The position numbers were made by a program, and so were the translations under genes. A model generated the notes under the pieces. The model ran no database searches. It worked only from the letters and a program-made list of their open reading frames with translations, and was not told the origin of the DNA. Below, one piece after another: positions 61,401-64,000 of a DNA stretch of 64,000 bases. Every line of letters starts with the position of its first letter. The first letter of the stretch is position 1. Where the stretch lies: assembly GCF_044704955.1 (NCBI RefSeq), contig NC_091993.1:117490001-117554000 (forward strand). Direction: 5' to 3'. Source of the DNA: Pristiophorus japonicus (lineage: Eukaryota).

Positions 61401-64000
61401 GCAGTCCTGGTCACTTTACAACCACGTCTCTGTAATGGCTATCAGATCATACCCATTTGTATCTATTTGTGCCGTCAACTCATCCATTTTGTTGTGAATG
61501 CTACGTGCATTTAGACAAAGAGCCTTTAAATTTGTTTGACCCTTTTTTCCTGCTTGTTTCCTCTCTCCTTCAAACTCACTTTCTTTATTATTGCTTTCTA
61601 CTTCCAGCTTTACTACCCTCCCTACTGAATCTATTTTTAGGTTCCCATCCCCCTGCCAAACTAGTTTAAACCCTCCCCAACAGCACTAGCAACCGCCCCC
61701 CACCCCACGAGGATATTGGTCCCGGCTCTGTTGAGGTGCACCCCGTCCGACTTATTCAGGTCCCCCCTCCCCCAGAAGTGGTCCCAATGCCTCAGGAAAC
61801 TAAAGCCCTCCCGCCTGCACTATCTCTCCAGCCATGCATTCATCTGCTCTATCCTCCTGTTTCTTTACTCACTAGCTCATGGCACCGGGATGTACCATCC
61901 GGAGATTACTACCTGTTGAAGTCCTGCTTTTTAATTTCTCTCCTAGCTCCTTAAACTCTGCCTGCAGGACTTCATCCCTCTTTCTACCTATGTCATTGGT
62001 CCCAATATGGACCACGACCTCTGGCTGTTCACCCTCTCCACCCAGAATGCCCTGCAGCCGCTCAGTGACATCTTTGACCCTGGCACCAGGGAGGCAACAT
62101 ACCATCCTGGAGTCACGTCTGTGGCCGCAGAAACGTCTGCCTGTTCCCCTAACTATCGAATCCCTTACCACTACTGCTCTTCATTCTTCTTCCTCCCCCC
62201 CTCCCCCGCCCACACCGTGTAGCTGAGCCACCTGTGATGCTGTGGATTTGGCTCTGGCTGCATCAGAACAGAGTACCGGTTGGAGTACGAGATGGACTCG
62301 GGGGACTCCAGCACTTCCTGTCTCGTCCTCCTGTCCGGCGTCACCCAATCCCTTTCTGCCTGTACACTCTTAAGCTGCGTGGTGACCACCTCTCAGAACG
62401 TGCTACCCACATAGCTCTCAGTCTCGTGGATGCACTGCAGTGAATCCAGCCACCGCTCAAGCTCCAAAACACGGAGCTCAAGTTGGTGCAGCTGGAGACA
62501 CCTCCTGCACACATGGATGTCCCGGCTGCGCGAAGCAGCCAGGATTTCCCACATGCCACAGGATGTGTAATTCATGGGACTGAGCTGCCCTGCCATCCCT
62601 CTAGTTAGATTCGGAACGATCAAGTAGAATTAAATTCTAAACCTTAGCAAAACACAGCCTGCCGCTACTCAGCAAACAGCTGATTTAATTAATTAGTTTT
62701 CCTTAGATAATAAAGATCACTTATCTATTTAATTGCAGTTCCTAACTTCCACCAATGCCCAAGGTTTTTTAAAGAAAAGAAAAATACTCACCAATCCACC
62801 AGCCAATCACTTACCTGCTTGACTATGACGTCATACTTCGATTTCGAATCTTTTTACTTTTTCTCCCTTACTTTAGTCGCTGCTGCAGCTCCTTGTTCCC
62901 GATCTCCGACTCCTCCTGATCTCCGGCTCCTCCTGATCCGTGGCTCCTCCCGATCTCAGGCTCCTCCGACTGCCGCTGCCCTTTAGAAGTCCTGTGTTCA
63001 TGTCTCGCGATGCTCGCTCCTCATGAATGGGAGTGTGCCCACTTCCTGTCTGCATAACTTAACTTCTTGTTTCACATTTTTATTACAATTATTGTGTCAA
63101 TTTTGTAAACCTGAAAATATCACAAACACATGAACAATATTCTGTAAGAAATCGGCCACTTGACTTATTCATGCACTGGAAGCCGGTAGCTCTCATAATA
63201 TTTTGCACTTTTACTTGGGATGGAACTATAATGTATGCACCTGTGAGTATGCTCACAGGTTGGTAGAGCTGTTGCCCCTGGAAGAGTCCGTGTTCCATGT
63301 TTTAATTGAATATGCGAGGTTGCAGCCCTTATTCCAATATTTGAAGGGGCTGCTCCTCAAATTCTGGTTGCACTTCAGTCCCACACTCCTGATCTTTGGA
63401 CACCCTGTGCGGAGGCGAGCGGGCAGGTCGGAAGGCCTCCTGGAAGGACTGCTCCTAGGCATGGCCAAGGAGGCCATCAGCCGGTCCAGGCAGCGGGCGG
63501 TCGAGGGGGTCGTTCAGCCTGATTGCCTGCCTCTCTTCTGTGGTTACATCCGAGCCATGATGTCCCTGGAGATGGAGCACGCGGTGTCCACCGGTACGCT
63601 CGCGGCCTTCCGCGAGAGGTGGGCACCGGAGGGATTGGAGTGAATCATCAGCCCCGGCAATCAAATTTTAATTTGATTTTATGTCTAAATATTAATTTAT
63701 TTAACTTGCTGGTTTTAGTGCCCTCCGCCATTTAGCCAGGGCTCACTTGTATAATTTGTGTTTCAGTGCCCTCAAAAAAAAAAACAAGGGGGCACTTGAA
63801 AAGTTTTTGGAGTGTGCCCCCCCCCTTTCAGGGGGCACTTGATTACTGATTGCAACTAAAATAGTTGTAGAGCTGTTGCACCAGTGGGACTGAAGTGCAT
63901 CATCACCCCTGGCAACCAAATTTTAATTTGATTTAAGTTCACGGTAAAAAGATCATTTGTTTATTTGTCGGTTTTAGTGCCCCTCGTTAATAAGAGGACA

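Larger units (their letters stand above)
49597..64000 (+). repeat. Segmental tandem duplication, copy B (visible part)
   Basis: Starts aggataactaaagaaaaagtaggg as at position 1 and ends taagaggaca as at 14410. Scattered SNPs and small indels. Confidence 0.98.

Overview
Vertebrate genomic DNA, most likely a cartilaginous fish (inferred from the CR1 LINEs with (ATAGAAAC)n-type tails, a Deu-core SINE and the receptor type). The window is mostly transposon-derived: CR1, L2, Tx1, Penelope, Gypsy and Harbinger. It also contains one complete six-exon + strand gene that the ORF track shows only in part (28064-28100, 40052-40375, 43982-44305, 51873-51993, 53532-53622, 55259-55306; 314 aa, all splice phases consistent). 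The gene encodes a type I immune receptor: signal peptide, CD300/pIgR-type V domain, FCRL/PECAM-like C2 domain with extra cysteines, Ser/Thr stalk, Arg-containing transmembrane helix and a short tyrosine-free tail. This predicts an adaptor-coupled activating receptor. The locus is a near-identical tandem duplication with a period of about 49.6 kb (1-14410 matches 49597-64000), so the last three exons of an upstream copy are also present. Other notable structure: Tx1 retroelements repeatedly inserted at one 16-bp motif inside a solo LTR, a ~6 kb polypyrimidine tract in intron 1 split by a Gypsy provirus, and several resolvable nested insertions. All coordinates and comparisons were made by eye.
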